Source: an uncultured Planctomycetales bacterium
GTDB taxonomy: Bacteria; Omnitrophota; Gorgyraeia; Zapsychrales; JANLHA01
Length of the DNA stretch: 64,000 bases
NCBI GenBank assembly: GCA_964595465.1
Contig: CAZQQI010000008.1
Location: forward strand, 16,561 to 80,560
Direction of reading: 5' to 3'
Of the stretch, positions 20,234 through 30,810 are shown one piece after another (the first letter of the stretch is position 1; every line of letters begins with the position of its first letter). The position numbers and the translations under genes were made by a program. The notes under the pieces were generated by a model, which was given only the letters and a program-made list of their open reading frames with translations, was not told where the DNA came from and made no database searches.

Positions 20234-20923
20234 TCACTCTTTTTTGTCTTGCGGACCGACAGAGGGCCCGACATAAAATTCCGTGATCAGCCGGACCACA
20301 TCTTCCGGCTCATCCACAACCTGAAAATAATCCATATCCCCGGGGCTGATCTTGCCTTCCCCGAGAAGCTTTTCTTTTACCCAATCGATCAGGCCGTCCC
20401 AAAAAGCCGAATCGATCAGAATGACGGGACAGCGCTCCACCCGCTTGGTCTGGATCAGGGTCACACATTCAAAGAGTTCATCAAGTGTCCCGAATCCTCC
20501 GGGAAACATCACGAAGGCTTTGGCATATTTTAAAAACATAACTTTGCGGCTGAAAAAATAATGAAAATTAACCAGCGTACGAATATAGGCATTTGGTTTT
20601 TGCTCGAAAGGCAGATCAATATTCAAGCCGACCGACTCTCCCCCGGCTTCCATGGCACCGCGGTTGCCGGCCTCCATAATACCCGGACCGCCTCCGGTGA
20701 TCACAGCATAGCCTTCTTTGACCAAAAGGTCGGCTGTGGTCCTGGCTTTTTGATATAGCGGATCATCCTCCGGAGTACGGGCCGAACCGAAAATGGTTAC
20801 CGCTTTTTCTATATTAGAAAACTGATCAAATCCCGAAACGAATTCGGCCATGATCTTAAAGACCCGCCAGGGATCTTCAAACCGCAATTGATCGGGAATG
20901 CGTTCAGGTGATTGGATCATCAT
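20234..20923 (-). CDS. LOG family nucleotide 5'-monophosphate nucleosidase (TIGR00730)
   Basis: FGSAR, TGGGPGIMEAGN, PGGFGTLDE. Confidence 0.93.
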   Translation of the reverse strand: MMIQSPERIPDQLRFEDPWRVFKIMAEFVSGFDQFSNIEKAVTIFGSARTPEDDPLYQKARTTADLLVKEGYAVITGGGPGIMEAGNRGAMEAGGESVGLNIDLPFEQKPNAYIRTLVNFHYFFSRKVMFLKYAKAFVMFPGGFGTLDELFECVTLIQTKRVERCPVILIDSAFWDGLIDWVKEKLLGEGKISPGDMDYFQVVDEPEDVVRLITEFYVGPSVGPQDKKE

Positions 20924-20945
20924 GCTCCCTTTGTGGTCATTAATG

Positions 20946-23840
20946 TTACCAATTCAACGGTGCCTGCCAGGCAGACTTCAGCTCAGCGGTCTCGGCATTG
21001 AGACACGCCCCGCCGGAACGCCCCGTGACCCGCAGACGATCTTCAGCACTGACTTTACCGATACAGGCATACGGGACATCGCCCAGAATCTGCTCAAAGG
21101 CATCCTGATGCTCAGGAGAAACTTCTGCCAGCAGACGGGAATGAGATTCCGAAAACAGAACAGCGTCATCACGCCCAACCCCTTCGGCCGGAACCATGCT
21201 TAAATCGATATCCGCGCCGAGATTTCCGCTGAATGCCATCTCTGCCAGGGCAACGGCTAATCCCCCTTCAGAGCAATCGTGAAGAGACCGTGCCAAACAC
21301 TTCTGGGTCACAGAATAAACAGCGGCGTAAGTCTTTACCGCTTGATCAAAATCGACCCGCGGGACATTCCGTCCCAGTTCCTGCTTAAGATCATAATAGA
21401 TCGACCCGCCCAACTCATCCCGGGTCATGCCGATCAGGTAAATAAGATTGCCCGGAGATTTAAAATCCATGGTCACAGCACGGGACACATCATCCATAAT
21501 ACCGATCGCGGAAATCAAAATGGTACCCGGGATCGCGATGGATTGGCCGCCCTCGGCGTATTCGTTGTAAAGGCTGTCTTTGCCGGAAATAAACGGCGCG
21601 CGGTAAGCAACAGCCGCTTCGTAGCACCCTTGCGCGCAGCGCACCAGTCCGCCCAGACGGTCGGGCTTGTCCGGATTCCCCCAGCAGAAATTGTCCAGCA
21701 AAGCAATGCGATCCGGATTCCCCCCGACCGCGATGATCTGGCGGACCGCCTCATCTACACATCCGGCAGCCATCCAGAATGGGTCGATCATACCGTAACG
21801 GACATTGACCCCGTTGGATACTGCGAAACCTTTCTGAGAATCCATTTTGGGAGCGACCACTGCCGCGTCCGACGGACCGTCACAAGCCGGCCCAACAAAG
21901 GGCTTGACCACGCTTCCACCCTGGACTTCGTGGTCGTACTGCCGCACGACCCATTCCTTGGAACAGACATTGTAATGACCCAGGGCTTTGCTTAAAACAG
22001 GTGTGAGGTCCTCGGGACAAGGGAAATCCGGTTCCTGGGTTTCGGATTCTTTCCATTGAGCTTCTTTGGTGATCTTGGGGATACCGTCATGCATAAACGC
22101 CATCTCCAGGTCACAGATCTGCGTGCCGTGGTAAAACAGCTCCAGCCGTCCGGTATCGCTGAATTCGCCGATGACGCTGGCCTCAACATTTTCAGCGGCG
22201 AATAATTCCAGAAACCGTTCCACATTTTCCGGCGGAACAGCAAAAACCATGCGTTCCTGAGATTCGGAGATCCAGATCTCCATGTAGGACAGGCCCTGAT
22301 ATTTTAAGGGAACGCGGTCCAGATCGACACGGGCGCCGGTCTTTTCCCCCATTTCACCGACAGCACTCGAAAAACCGCCGGCACCACAATCCGTAACAGA
22401 ACGGTACAGCCCTTCATCCCGGGCGGTCAACTGAACATCCAGGACCTTTTTCTCCTGAATCGGATCCCCGATCTGGACAGCCCCTGAAGAGATCGTCTCG
22501 GATTCGGAGGTCAGCTCCCCGGAAGAAAAGGTCGCGCCGTGGATGCCGTCACGCCCGGTCTTTCCTCCGACAGCGACAATCTTGTCGCCGGGATGCACGT
22601 CTTTATGCTCTTTGCCTTTAGGGATCATCCCGATATTCCCGCAATACACCAACGGGTTGCCCACAAAGTGTCTGTCGAAGAGGATCGCGCCGTTAACCGT
22701 GGGGATCCCCATCTTATTGCCGTAATCCCTTACCCCGGAGACAACACCTTTCATCACCCTTTTGGGATGCAGTGTCCCGGCGGGAAGCTCGTCCTGCGGA
22801 TAATCCGGCGGCGCGAAACAAAAAATGTCCGTATTACAGACCGGTTTGGCGCCGAGACCTGTGCCCATGGTGTCGCGCAAAACACCGCCGATACCGGTGT
22901 TGGCCCCGCCGAAAGGCTCCAGAGCGGACGGATGGTTATGGGTCTCCACTTTAAAGCAGACATCATCGGTCTCATCAAAAGAAATGATCCCGGCATTATC
23001 ATGAAAAACAGACACACACCAGTCCCGATCCAGTTCATATGTGGCGCGGGCAATGGTCGATTTTAATAAATTGTCGATCTCGATCTCACGGGTTTTTCCG
23101 TTCTCGGTGAACTGACAGCGGATCTTCCCCCGAAAGGTTTTATGATGACAATGTTCGCTCCAGGTTTGCGCGATCGTTTCTAATTCACAATCACTGGGGT
23201 TGCGGCCCAGCTGTTGAAAATAATGCTGGATCGCACGCATCTCATCAATATTAAGGAAAAGCTGGCCTTTTTCGCTGATCTCTTGCAGCCTGCAATCATC
23301 TGCCCCGGCCAGGTCGACACGGAGGACCTCAACCTTGCCGCCTTTCGCCTGCGCGATGGGGACATGTTCTTCCGTTCCCTCACGGACCACATGCTGGATC
23401 AGCTTATTGGCTAAAACTTTATCAACGATCAATTCGATCTGTTCAGGAGCGGCCATACCGTAAAGATGATACTGGCGGGCGGTGCGGACAGCCCGGCATT
23501 GGCTGACGCTCAGGTCTCGGATGCCCTTGAGAGTGGATTCTTCGACCGGGTCCATCACCCCGGGGTTGTAGGCGATCTCCACAATATGGCGGGCCGGGTC
23601 GGAATGATCAAAACGGGCCGCGCCGCGGCGGCAAGTAAACTCCTGGGACACGCGGTCAGTCAGCAGATCAGCGCCGATACGGCGCGCGTCTTCTTCGGAC
23701 AAATCGCCCTCCAGGGTATAGACCTGCACGACCTCAACCTTGCGGACAGCTTCGATTCCCAGATCAAGAATACTCTTATGGACGCTTTCACCCAGCGCAT
23801 CAAAAAGTCCGGATTTTTCTTTGACTTCTATTCGCCACAT
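20946..23840 (-). CDS. purL: FGAM synthase PurL with N-terminal fused PurS-like domains
   Basis: WSEHCHHKTF, ETHNHPSA, DCGAGG, SESQERM, GKDS, HDCSEGG; first ~150 aa give two PurS-like repeats (PGVMDP). Confidence 0.96.
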   Translation of the reverse strand: MWRIEVKEKSGLFDALGESVHKSILDLGIEAVRKVEVVQVYTLEGDLSEEDARRIGADLLTDRVSQEFTCRRGAARFDHSDPARHIVEIAYNPGVMDPVEESTLKGIRDLSVSQCRAVRTARQYHLYGMAAPEQIELIVDKVLANKLIQHVVREGTEEHVPIAQAKGGKVEVLRVDLAGADDCRLQEISEKGQLFLNIDEMRAIQHYFQQLGRNPSDCELETIAQTWSEHCHHKTFRGKIRCQFTENGKTREIEIDNLLKSTIARATYELDRDWCVSVFHDNAGIISFDETDDVCFKVETHNHPSALEPFGGANTGIGGVLRDTMGTGLGAKPVCNTDIFCFAPPDYPQDELPAGTLHPKRVMKGVVSGVRDYGNKMGIPTVNGAILFDRHFVGNPLVYCGNIGMIPKGKEHKDVHPGDKIVAVGGKTGRDGIHGATFSSGELTSESETISSGAVQIGDPIQEKKVLDVQLTARDEGLYRSVTDCGAGGFSSAVGEMGEKTGARVDLDRVPLKYQGLSYMEIWISESQERMVFAVPPENVERFLELFAAENVEASVIGEFSDTGRLELFYHGTQICDLEMAFMHDGIPKITKEAQWKESETQEPDFPCPEDLTPVLSKALGHYNVCSKEWVVRQYDHEVQGGSVVKPFVGPACDGPSDAAVVAPKMDSQKGFAVSNGVNVRYGMIDPFWMAAGCVDEAVRQIIAVGGNPDRIALLDNFCWGNPDKPDRLGGLVRCAQGCYEAAVAYRAPFISGKDSLYNEYAEGGQSIAIPGTILISAIGIMDDVSRAVTMDFKSPGNLIYLIGMTRDELGGSIYYDLKQELGRNVPRVDFDQAVKTYAAVYSVTQKCLARSLHDCSEGGLAVALAEMAFSGNLGADIDLSMVPAEGVGRDDAVLFSESHSRLLAEVSPEHQDAFEQILGDVPYACIGKVSAEDRLRVTGRSGGACLNAETAELKSAWQAPLNW

Positions 23841-23930
23841 AATAAAAAGGGAAGGCCTGCCTATCCCGGAAAATCCCGGGCCGAAGGCAGGCGCAAAGCC
23901 GTACCGGAAAATTCTCCCGGCAACGGCGGT
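23841..23930 (-). terminator. Two tandem hairpins with a U-rich tail between purC and purL (attenuator or terminator candidate)
   Basis: GCCTGCCT(23855-62)/AGGCAGGC(23885-92) stem with inner CCCGG/CCGGG, followed on the minus strand by cttccctttttatt; second stem 23898-23927. Confidence 0.5.
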
Positions 23931-23945
23931 TATCCTGCTCTGAGA

Positions 23946-24650
23946 TTAACGGTTAACCCGCTCAAGGATCTCCTGGTACGCCTCTTCAATGCTGCCCAGG
24001 TCCTGGCGAAAACGGTCTTTGTCCAATTTTCGGTTAGTGCCCACTTCCCATAATCTACAGGTATCGGGCGAGATCTCATCGGCCAGAATGATCTCTCCCT
24101 GATGCCGGCCGAACTCTAATTTAAAATCGACAATGTTGACGTCCAATTTCAGAAAAAACTCCTTCAGCAAGGCATTCACCTTGAACGTCATGTCCTTGAT
24201 CTTATCGATTTCTTCCTGGGTTGCCAGCTCCAGGGCCAGGGCATGCGATTCGTTGATCAAAGGATCGTTCAGGGCATCGTCTTTATAAGAAAATTCAAAG
24301 GTCGGGCAAGCGAGCTTAAGGCCTTCCTCCAGACCGAGCATCCGGCATAGAGAACCGGCGGCCATATTGCGGACAATAACCTCAAGAGGAATGATCTCAA
24401 CCTTTTTGATCAGCATCTCCCGGTCACTGAGGGTCTTGACATAATGCGTCGGGATCCCGCGCTCTTCCAGATACTGAAACAGCGTCGAGGCGATCTTATT
24501 ATTGACAACACCTTTTTCTCCGATCGTGCCGCGCTTCTGCGCATTAAAAGCTGTGGCATCATCCTTGAAATACTGGATCACCAGGCCGGGGTCATCGGTC
24601 GAATAAACGATCTTGGCTTTTCCTTCATACAATTTGTCCCGCTTTTCCAT
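23946..24650 (-). CDS. purC: SAICAR synthetase
   Basis: YEGKAK, IPLEVIVRN, DFKLEFG, LADEISPDTCRLW, DKDRFR. Confidence 0.97.
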   Translation of the reverse strand: MEKRDKLYEGKAKIVYSTDDPGLVIQYFKDDATAFNAQKRGTIGEKGVVNNKIASTLFQYLEERGIPTHYVKTLSDREMLIKKVEIIPLEVIVRNMAAGSLCRMLGLEEGLKLACPTFEFSYKDDALNDPLINESHALALELATQEEIDKIKDMTFKVNALLKEFFLKLDVNIVDFKLEFGRHQGEIILADEISPDTCRLWEVGTNRKLDKDRFRQDLGSIEEAYQEILERVNR

Positions 24651-24687
24651 AGCAGACCTCCGGGATATCAAGTTAAATAAACTCGTT

Positions 24688-25983
24688 TTACCGCAGCCCG
24701 ACACGCTTAAAAATCATATCGCGATGACGGGTGTAGTATTTGATGTCGAAGCAGGTATTGATATCCGCGGGCTTAAGGTACTTGCGCACTTTGCGGTCAC
24801 GCAGGAGCACTTCGCGGAAATCCGAATTTTCATCCCAAACCTGCATGGCGCAGCGCTGGATGATCTCGTAAGCCTGCTCGCGGGTCAACCCCTTGTTCAT
24901 CAACTCCAGCAGAACACGCTGGGAATAGATCAGCCCTTTGGTCTTGGTCAGACTTTCGATCATGCTCTTGGGATAGACCAGCAGACCTTCAATGATCGGA
25001 GTGAATTTATGGAACATATAATGCAGGGCCAGCGTGCTGTCCGGCATGATGACACGCTCGACGGAAGAATGGCTGATATCACGCTCATGCCAGAGATTAA
25101 TGTTTTCAAAGGCCGCCTGGGAATTGGACCGCAGTAAACGGGATAGTCCGGATATGCGTTCACAAGTTATCGGATTGCGCTTATGCGGCATGGCGGAAGA
25201 CCCGACCTGCCCCTTGAAGAACGGCTCCTCCAGTTCACGAATATCGGTCTTCTGCAAAGCGCGGATCTCGGTAGCGAATTTGTCCAGGGACGTTCCGATC
25301 AAAGCAAGTGTCGTCATAAACTGACAATGGATATCACGGGATATGATCTGGGTGGCAATATTTGCCGGCTTAAGCCCCAATTTATTGCAGACATATTCCT
25401 CGACGGAAGGATCGATATTGGCATAGGTCCCGACAGCACCGGACAGTTTGCCCAGGCGCATCTCTTCGCGGGCGTGCTCCAGGCGCTCATAATTGCGCTG
25501 GGTCTCATCATACCAGGTCGCCAGCTTCAGCCCCAGCGTGGTCGGCTCAGCGTGGACGCCGTGTGTCCTGGCCACACAGGTCGTATCTTTGTATTTCTTG
25601 CATTGTTTTTTAAGGGCCGCCATGAATTTCTTCATATCTGCCAGCAGGATGTCGCAGGCCTCAACACACTGCACGGACAAAGTCGTATCCAGCAGATCGG
25701 ATGATGTCAATCCCATATGAAGATAACGGGCGTCCGGACCGATATATTTACCGACATTATTAATAAAGGCCACAATATCGTGTTTGGTCTTTTCTTCCAG
25801 CTCCCGGATCTCATCAATGTTGAATTTCGCGCTTTTTTTGATCTGATCAACCGATTTTTTGGGGATCTTCCCTAATTTGGACATAGCCTCACAAACCAGA
25901 ACCTCAATTTTCAGCATAATGGAAAATTTATGCTCATCCGTCCAAATCGTTCCCATCTTAGAAAGTGTGTACCGGTCGATCAT
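24688..25983 (-). CDS. purB: Adenylosuccinate lyase
   Basis: MIDRY, HMGLTSSD, RTHGVHAEP, GSSAMPHKRNP. Confidence 0.98.
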   Translation of the reverse strand: MIDRYTLSKMGTIWTDEHKFSIMLKIEVLVCEAMSKLGKIPKKSVDQIKKSAKFNIDEIRELEEKTKHDIVAFINNVGKYIGPDARYLHMGLTSSDLLDTTLSVQCVEACDILLADMKKFMAALKKQCKKYKDTTCVARTHGVHAEPTTLGLKLATWYDETQRNYERLEHAREEMRLGKLSGAVGTYANIDPSVEEYVCNKLGLKPANIATQIISRDIHCQFMTTLALIGTSLDKFATEIRALQKTDIRELEEPFFKGQVGSSAMPHKRNPITCERISGLSRLLRSNSQAAFENINLWHERDISHSSVERVIMPDSTLALHYMFHKFTPIIEGLLVYPKSMIESLTKTKGLIYSQRVLLELMNKGLTREQAYEIIQRCAMQVWDENSDFREVLLRDRKVRKYLKPADINTCFDIKYYTRHRDMIFKRVGLR

Positions 25984-26057
25984 GCGTTTCTCCTTCTCTT
26001 ATATATAGGGATTCTTAATGAGATATCATGACAGCGGCCCGTCAAAATAACGCCACT

Positions 26058-26086
26058 AATATAACAAAATAACTTCGCCAGCGCAA
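26058..26086 (-). promoter_or_regulatory. Sigma70 promoter of the pur operon (TTGCGC-17-TATATT, extended -10)
   Basis: Minus strand ttgcgc tggcgaagttattttgt tatatt. Confidence 0.55.
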
Positions 26087-26288
26087 TGGAAATTCAGCCG
26101 CAAAAGCACATTTCCGGACGAAAACATCACATCCCACTGCAAACAATAAACTTACATTCCAAGAGGATGCCAGGCGCCCCGGGCCGTCATGGCCTGAAAT
26201 GACACAAACTGTTTTTTTACAATACCTTACAAATACTCTAGACAGCTGTATGCTCCGGCATTTCGTCTTATAATGGGGAAAATCCTGG

Positions 26289-26317
26289 TTGAAGACCGTA
26301 ATGTTTCATGCTAGGAT
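26289..26317 (+). promoter_or_regulatory. Sigma70 promoter TTGAAG-17-TAGGAT, 7 nt before ATG 26325 (leaderless candidate)
   Basis: ttgaag...tgc-taggat-aaacgcc-ATG, no SD. Confidence 0.5.
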
Positions 26318-26324
26318 AAACGCC

Positions 26325-27407
26325 ATGTTAAAGGATATCCGTAAAAATATCGATCTGAGTCTGACCCGCTTTGTCGAAGAAGTCCAGGACGAATACAATC
26401 TTCACCTCATCCACCCGGAACTTTACGAAAGCATTAAAGATTTTATTCTGCGCAAAGGCAAGCGCATCCGCCCGATCCTGCTGGTCCTGGGCTATCAGGG
26501 CTACTCACGCAGGGATAACCCTCTAAACGAAAATATTTACCGCGCGTCGACCAGCATTGAACTTCTGCACAATTTCATGCTGATCCATGACGACATCATC
26601 GACTGCTCGGACCTGCGCCGCGGCAAACCGACCATGCACCGCATGCTGAGACGTGTGGTACGCACCAACGATCCCGACAAACTCGGGTTCGACTTGGGGA
26701 TCATTGCCGGGGATATTGTTTACGCCCTGGCGATCGATGCCTTTTTGTCTTTCGAGGAAACCCCTAAACGTATGCATAAAGCCCTGCGCTATTTTATTCA
26801 GACGGCCGCGTTTACCGCCATGGGAGAATTCGTCGATACCCTCAACGGCGTCCTGCCCATCGCCAAGGTCGAAGAAAAAGACGTCTACCTGAATTACTCT
26901 CTCAAGACCGCGCGCTACACCTTTGACTGCCCCCTGGTCGTCGGAGCGTTGTTAGCCGGCGCAGGTCAGCGCGAAACCGAACGCCTCTCCGAACTCGGCC
27001 TTCTGATCGGTCAGGCCTTTCAGATCCAGGATGATATTATCGGAGTCTTTGATTCAGAAAAAAATATTGGTAAGTCTGTTCTCAGTGATATCGCGGAATC
27101 AAAAAAAACCATCCTTGTCTGCCACGCCTACCGCACGCTTAAAGGCGCGCAAAAGAAAGAATTTCTCAGCCTCTTTCATAAATCCAAAACCACCATGAAA
27201 GACTTACGCAAGATCCGTAAGATCCTGATCGGATGCGGCAGTTTGGAATACGCCTTTGACGCGGTCAAAGAACGGCTCGAACGCAGTGAACAGCTGGTCT
27301 CCCGTCTCAAAATGAAACCAGATTCCCGCGACATGATCTGGCAGTCGTTCTCTCAGCTGTTTAAACACACAGCCCGAATCGCTAAATCTTATCATCTGCC
27401 CTATTGA
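26325..27407 (+). CDS. trans-Polyprenyl diphosphate synthase (IspA/GGPPS family)
   Basis: GKRIRP, first Asp-rich motif LIHDDIIDCSDLRRGKPT, LKTARYT, second motif FQIQDDIIG, GKSVLSDI. Confidence 0.93.
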   Translation: MLKDIRKNIDLSLTRFVEEVQDEYNLHLIHPELYESIKDFILRKGKRIRPILLVLGYQGYSRRDNPLNENIYRASTSIELLHNFMLIHDDIIDCSDLRRGKPTMHRMLRRVVRTNDPDKLGFDLGIIAGDIVYALAIDAFLSFEETPKRMHKALRYFIQTAAFTAMGEFVDTLNGVLPIAKVEEKDVYLNYSLKTARYTFDCPLVVGALLAGAGQRETERLSELGLLIGQAFQIQDDIIGVFDSEKNIGKSVLSDIAESKKTILVCHAYRTLKGAQKKEFLSLFHKSKTTMKDLRKIRKILIGCGSLEYAFDAVKERLERSEQLVSRLKMKPDSRDMIWQSFSQLFKHTARIAKSYHLPY

Positions 27408-27428
27408 CAATCCCTGCTTGTGTTGTGA

Positions 27429-29465
27429 TCATTGCCCGGCCTGCAGCATTCGGGCTTTTTGGATCAAAACATCAAACCCCCTTTTATCTTCCGTCAGCGC
27501 TTGACCCTGCTGCCAGATTGAAATCGCAGCATCCCACTGTTCATGGTTCCCTAAAAACTTTCCCACCTCCCGATAAATCTCAGGAGATTCGGGATATTGT
27601 TTCAATAATTGTTCGTATAGAGGATACACTTTTCGGAATGATCCGGCCTGCGCTGCTATCCCGGCCGCGTTTAGCTGGCAGCTCATATCAGAACAGCGAT
27701 GAAACAGACGCATAGCAGTCTTTTGCGCCTGCTGATTTTTTCCCGCAATCAGCAGCACGGCGGCCAATTCCCGCAAAGCATCAATATTCGCAGGATACAT
27801 TGTCAAAACATGACGATAAAGCTCAACGGCCCGGGTATCATTCCGGCGCCGCTGGTATATTTCAGCCAAATTCATCCAGGGCTCAAGCCGCCCGGGATAT
27901 TGTTTGATAGCCTTTCTGAAAAGATCTTCGGCTTCCTCAACCCTTCCGAGCTTCAGCAGAAGTGCTCCCTTGTTATTTAAGGCATCCGCGTAGCCGGGGG
28001 AGATGTCCAGCGCCTGATCGAAATACCACAAGGCCATGCCGTGATGACCCTGAGCCGCGTAGATGGATCCAATATTGGTCCAGGTCTCTTTATTTGTAGG
28101 ATCCAACAGCAGCGCCGTTTGATAATGTATCATCGCGGACGCACGATCCCCGCGGGACTGATAAGCCGCTGCCAGATTATCATGCCCCCGGGACTGCAGC
28201 GGCGCATTACGGATAACATTTTTCCATAAGGCTACCCGTGATGCCCAGTCCTGATTACGGAAATAGGTCAATAAGCCGAGAACACAAATGACCACGGCGA
28301 GGACAGCCCCCGCTTTCTTCAAGGACCGCCAGGAACACAGCCAAAACGCAAAAAGCATGGCAATCCCCGCCAGAGGAAGATACATGCGGTGTTCAAAAAT
28401 AACATGACGGATCGGAACAAAACTGCACTCTACAGCTGCCGTGATAAAAAACCAGAATACGGCCAGCGAAGCCAGCCGGTGCCGCGTCCACAACAAAAAA
28501 CCGGTCAGCAGAAACAACGCCATGATCAATCCCGCGAAAGCTGTCGGAAAATGCAACGGACTATAAGACAAAGGCATGGCATGGTCCAGGCTCTGCCCCA
28601 CCGGAACCAGGATCAGCTGAAGATATTTAAGAAGAACACGCCATTGCGTAAAAAAGTACACCATGCTGGTCACGTCGGCATGATCATTAGACAGCCGCCG
28701 GGTCGTGGAAGAAATAATATCTATCGTACGAAACGATTGCAGCGCGGGGATGATCAATAAAAAAACAGCGATCACAGCGGCCCGCAGCCAAAATTTCCGC
28801 CGCAGATAAAAACGCGATCCGCTTTGAAATAATGCCGCCTCCATCACGATCAGCATGACCGGCAAAGTAAACACATTTTGTTTCGTGAACATCCCTAGAA
28901 CACAGCTCAGTCCCGCCGCCAGATAAAACCCGACGTAAGGGCGCCCGGCGCGCTCCCGCAGACGTCCATGAATATAAAGTCCCGCCGTCAGCAGATAGAA
29001 TAACGCCGCCAATGACGCGTGACGCTGATAAATGTACGTCACCGCCTGGGTCTGGATCGGATGGGTCAAAAATAACAGGGCGGCAAAAAACCCGGCATAG
29101 GGAACACGGTCCTTCCTCAGACACTTTTCTCCGGCGGGAGAACACAGCATCCCTCTGACCAGCCACCATACCAAAAACACATTGATCATGTGGATCAAAA
29201 AATTTACCAGATGATAGCCGAAGACCTGATCCCCATGGATCATATAATTCAAGGCGAACGAAGAAAAACTGACCACCCTCAAACGGGCCTCTCCGCTGTT
29301 CTCCAGAAAATTCTGCCAGACATGCCCCAGGCTGTGAACATGCGGATTATCCCGCACACCGGAAATCGTGTCAAAGCTGAATTCCGCGAAAAAACTATTA
29401 GAATAAATCACAGCACCGATAACCAAGATCAAAAAACCTGCCCAAGCATATTTTCTTGCCGCCAT
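27429..29465 (-). CDS. TMTC-like GT-C membrane glycosyltransferase with C-terminal TPRs
   Basis: YHLVNFLIH, HPIQTQAVTYIYQR, TKQ, FEHRMYLP, RNQDW, followed by several TPR units. Confidence 0.85.
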   Translation of the reverse strand: MAARKYAWAGFLILVIGAVIYSNSFFAEFSFDTISGVRDNPHVHSLGHVWQNFLENSGEARLRVVSFSSFALNYMIHGDQVFGYHLVNFLIHMINVFLVWWLVRGMLCSPAGEKCLRKDRVPYAGFFAALLFLTHPIQTQAVTYIYQRHASLAALFYLLTAGLYIHGRLRERAGRPYVGFYLAAGLSCVLGMFTKQNVFTLPVMLIVMEAALFQSGSRFYLRRKFWLRAAVIAVFLLIIPALQSFRTIDIISSTTRRLSNDHADVTSMVYFFTQWRVLLKYLQLILVPVGQSLDHAMPLSYSPLHFPTAFAGLIMALFLLTGFLLWTRHRLASLAVFWFFITAAVECSFVPIRHVIFEHRMYLPLAGIAMLFAFWLCSWRSLKKAGAVLAVVICVLGLLTYFRNQDWASRVALWKNVIRNAPLQSRGHDNLAAAYQSRGDRASAMIHYQTALLLDPTNKETWTNIGSIYAAQGHHGMALWYFDQALDISPGYADALNNKGALLLKLGRVEEAEDLFRKAIKQYPGRLEPWMNLAEIYQRRRNDTRAVELYRHVLTMYPANIDALRELAAVLLIAGKNQQAQKTAMRLFHRCSDMSCQLNAAGIAAQAGSFRKVYPLYEQLLKQYPESPEIYREVGKFLGNHEQWDAAISIWQQGQALTEDKRGFDVLIQKARMLQAGQ

Positions 29466-29484
29466 ATCATTCCTCTCTTTCTGA

Positions 29485-30588
29485 CTAAATCAGCTCAATA
29501 CTCAGCATATCCAGCCGCAGCAGGCCTTTTCGGCTGACCCGAATACAGCCGCCCTCCTCGAGCAGAAATTGCTTATCAAGCAGATCATCTAAAGACCTTT
29601 TCTGTTCTTCCCTCAGAGCTGACTGATATTTTTGTTCCAATGCCTTAATATTTACTCCCTCAAGCATGCGCAGGCCGAAGACCAACGCTTCGCTCAAGCG
29701 CTGCTGAGGATCAAGGCGCTCTTCACCGGTCCGGGGATCCTCGCCGGTCTCCCCTCTTTTTATATACTCCCTCAGCCGATCGGTGTTCCACCAGCGATGC
29801 CCGTCCATATGGGAATGGGCCGCAGCGCCGATTCCGAAATAATTCCCTCCCCGCCAATAATGCCGATTGTGCCGAGAGGCATATCCCGGACGGCAGAAAT
29901 TGCTGACTTCGTACTGGACATAACCCTCGTCCTGCAGAAGATCCGCGACATAACTGTATTGCGCGCCCTGCTCTGCGGCGGACCGCGGCCGGACACCGCG
30001 GACAAAAAAGCAGCTGCGCGGCTCAACACTAAGATTATACAGCGAAACATGCTCCGGCGACATAGCCGCAAGCTCGCGGACATCGTCCGCGATATCCCGG
30101 TGTGTCTGACCGGGAAACCCGTACATCATATCCAGGCTGATATTTCTGCATCCGGCTGAACGGAGACAGTGATAGGCTTCATAAACCCGCTCCGGTGTAT
30201 GACACCGGCCGATCTCCTGCAGGCGTCTGCGGTCGAACGTCTGCACGCCGGCACTGATGCGCGTCACGCCAAGACCAAGCAGGGCTTGAATAAAGCCCAT
30301 GGTCACATCTTCCGGATTGACCTCTACCGTCCATTCTGATACCTGGCCGCAGTCAAAAGCAGAACGGATCGCCTTAACGATCCGTTCAAGCTGACTGAAC
30401 GGGATGCGCGACGGCGTGCCCCCGCCAAAATAAACTGTCTTGATCGCCGCATTTTTATTCGCCTGGATTTCTTTTGCCAGAGAGGAAACATACGCGCCGA
30501 TCAGGTGGTCCTGATTGACCGCGACAGAATACGAACAATAAAAACATTTGCGCAAACAAAATGGAATGTGAACATACAAAGAAATCAT
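29485..30588 (-). CDS. hemW: Radical SAM heme chaperone HemW
   Basis: LYVHIPFCLRKCFYC, YFGGGTPS, YEVSNF, HNRHYW. Confidence 0.92.
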   Translation of the reverse strand: MISLYVHIPFCLRKCFYCSYSVAVNQDHLIGAYVSSLAKEIQANKNAAIKTVYFGGGTPSRIPFSQLERIVKAIRSAFDCGQVSEWTVEVNPEDVTMGFIQALLGLGVTRISAGVQTFDRRRLQEIGRCHTPERVYEAYHCLRSAGCRNISLDMMYGFPGQTHRDIADDVRELAAMSPEHVSLYNLSVEPRSCFFVRGVRPRSAAEQGAQYSYVADLLQDEGYVQYEVSNFCRPGYASRHNRHYWRGGNYFGIGAAAHSHMDGHRWWNTDRLREYIKRGETGEDPRTGEERLDPQQRLSEALVFGLRMLEGVNIKALEQKYQSALREEQKRSLDDLLDKQFLLEEGGCIRVSRKGLLRLDMLSIELI

Positions 30589-30810
30589 GATTTTCCCGCG
30601 CAGACAGCAAAATAAAAAGGTGCGATGCTTGCATAATTTTCTCGTCGAGATAAATCTATTTTATAGTATCCCGGCTGCCGGCACAACAAAAAAATTTCAC
30701 CGCTTAATTTGAAAGAATCATTAAAAAGTTAAAAATTTTTTTGCATGCCCTTTCCGCTATGTTATGATTAACGTGTAAACGGCAAAACCACCTTAACAAA
30801 GGAGAACAGG

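Noticed and set aside
25984-26057. Purine or ZTP riboswitch upstream of purB
   Set aside because: The leader is only about 70 nt with one small hairpin and no consensus aptamer visible
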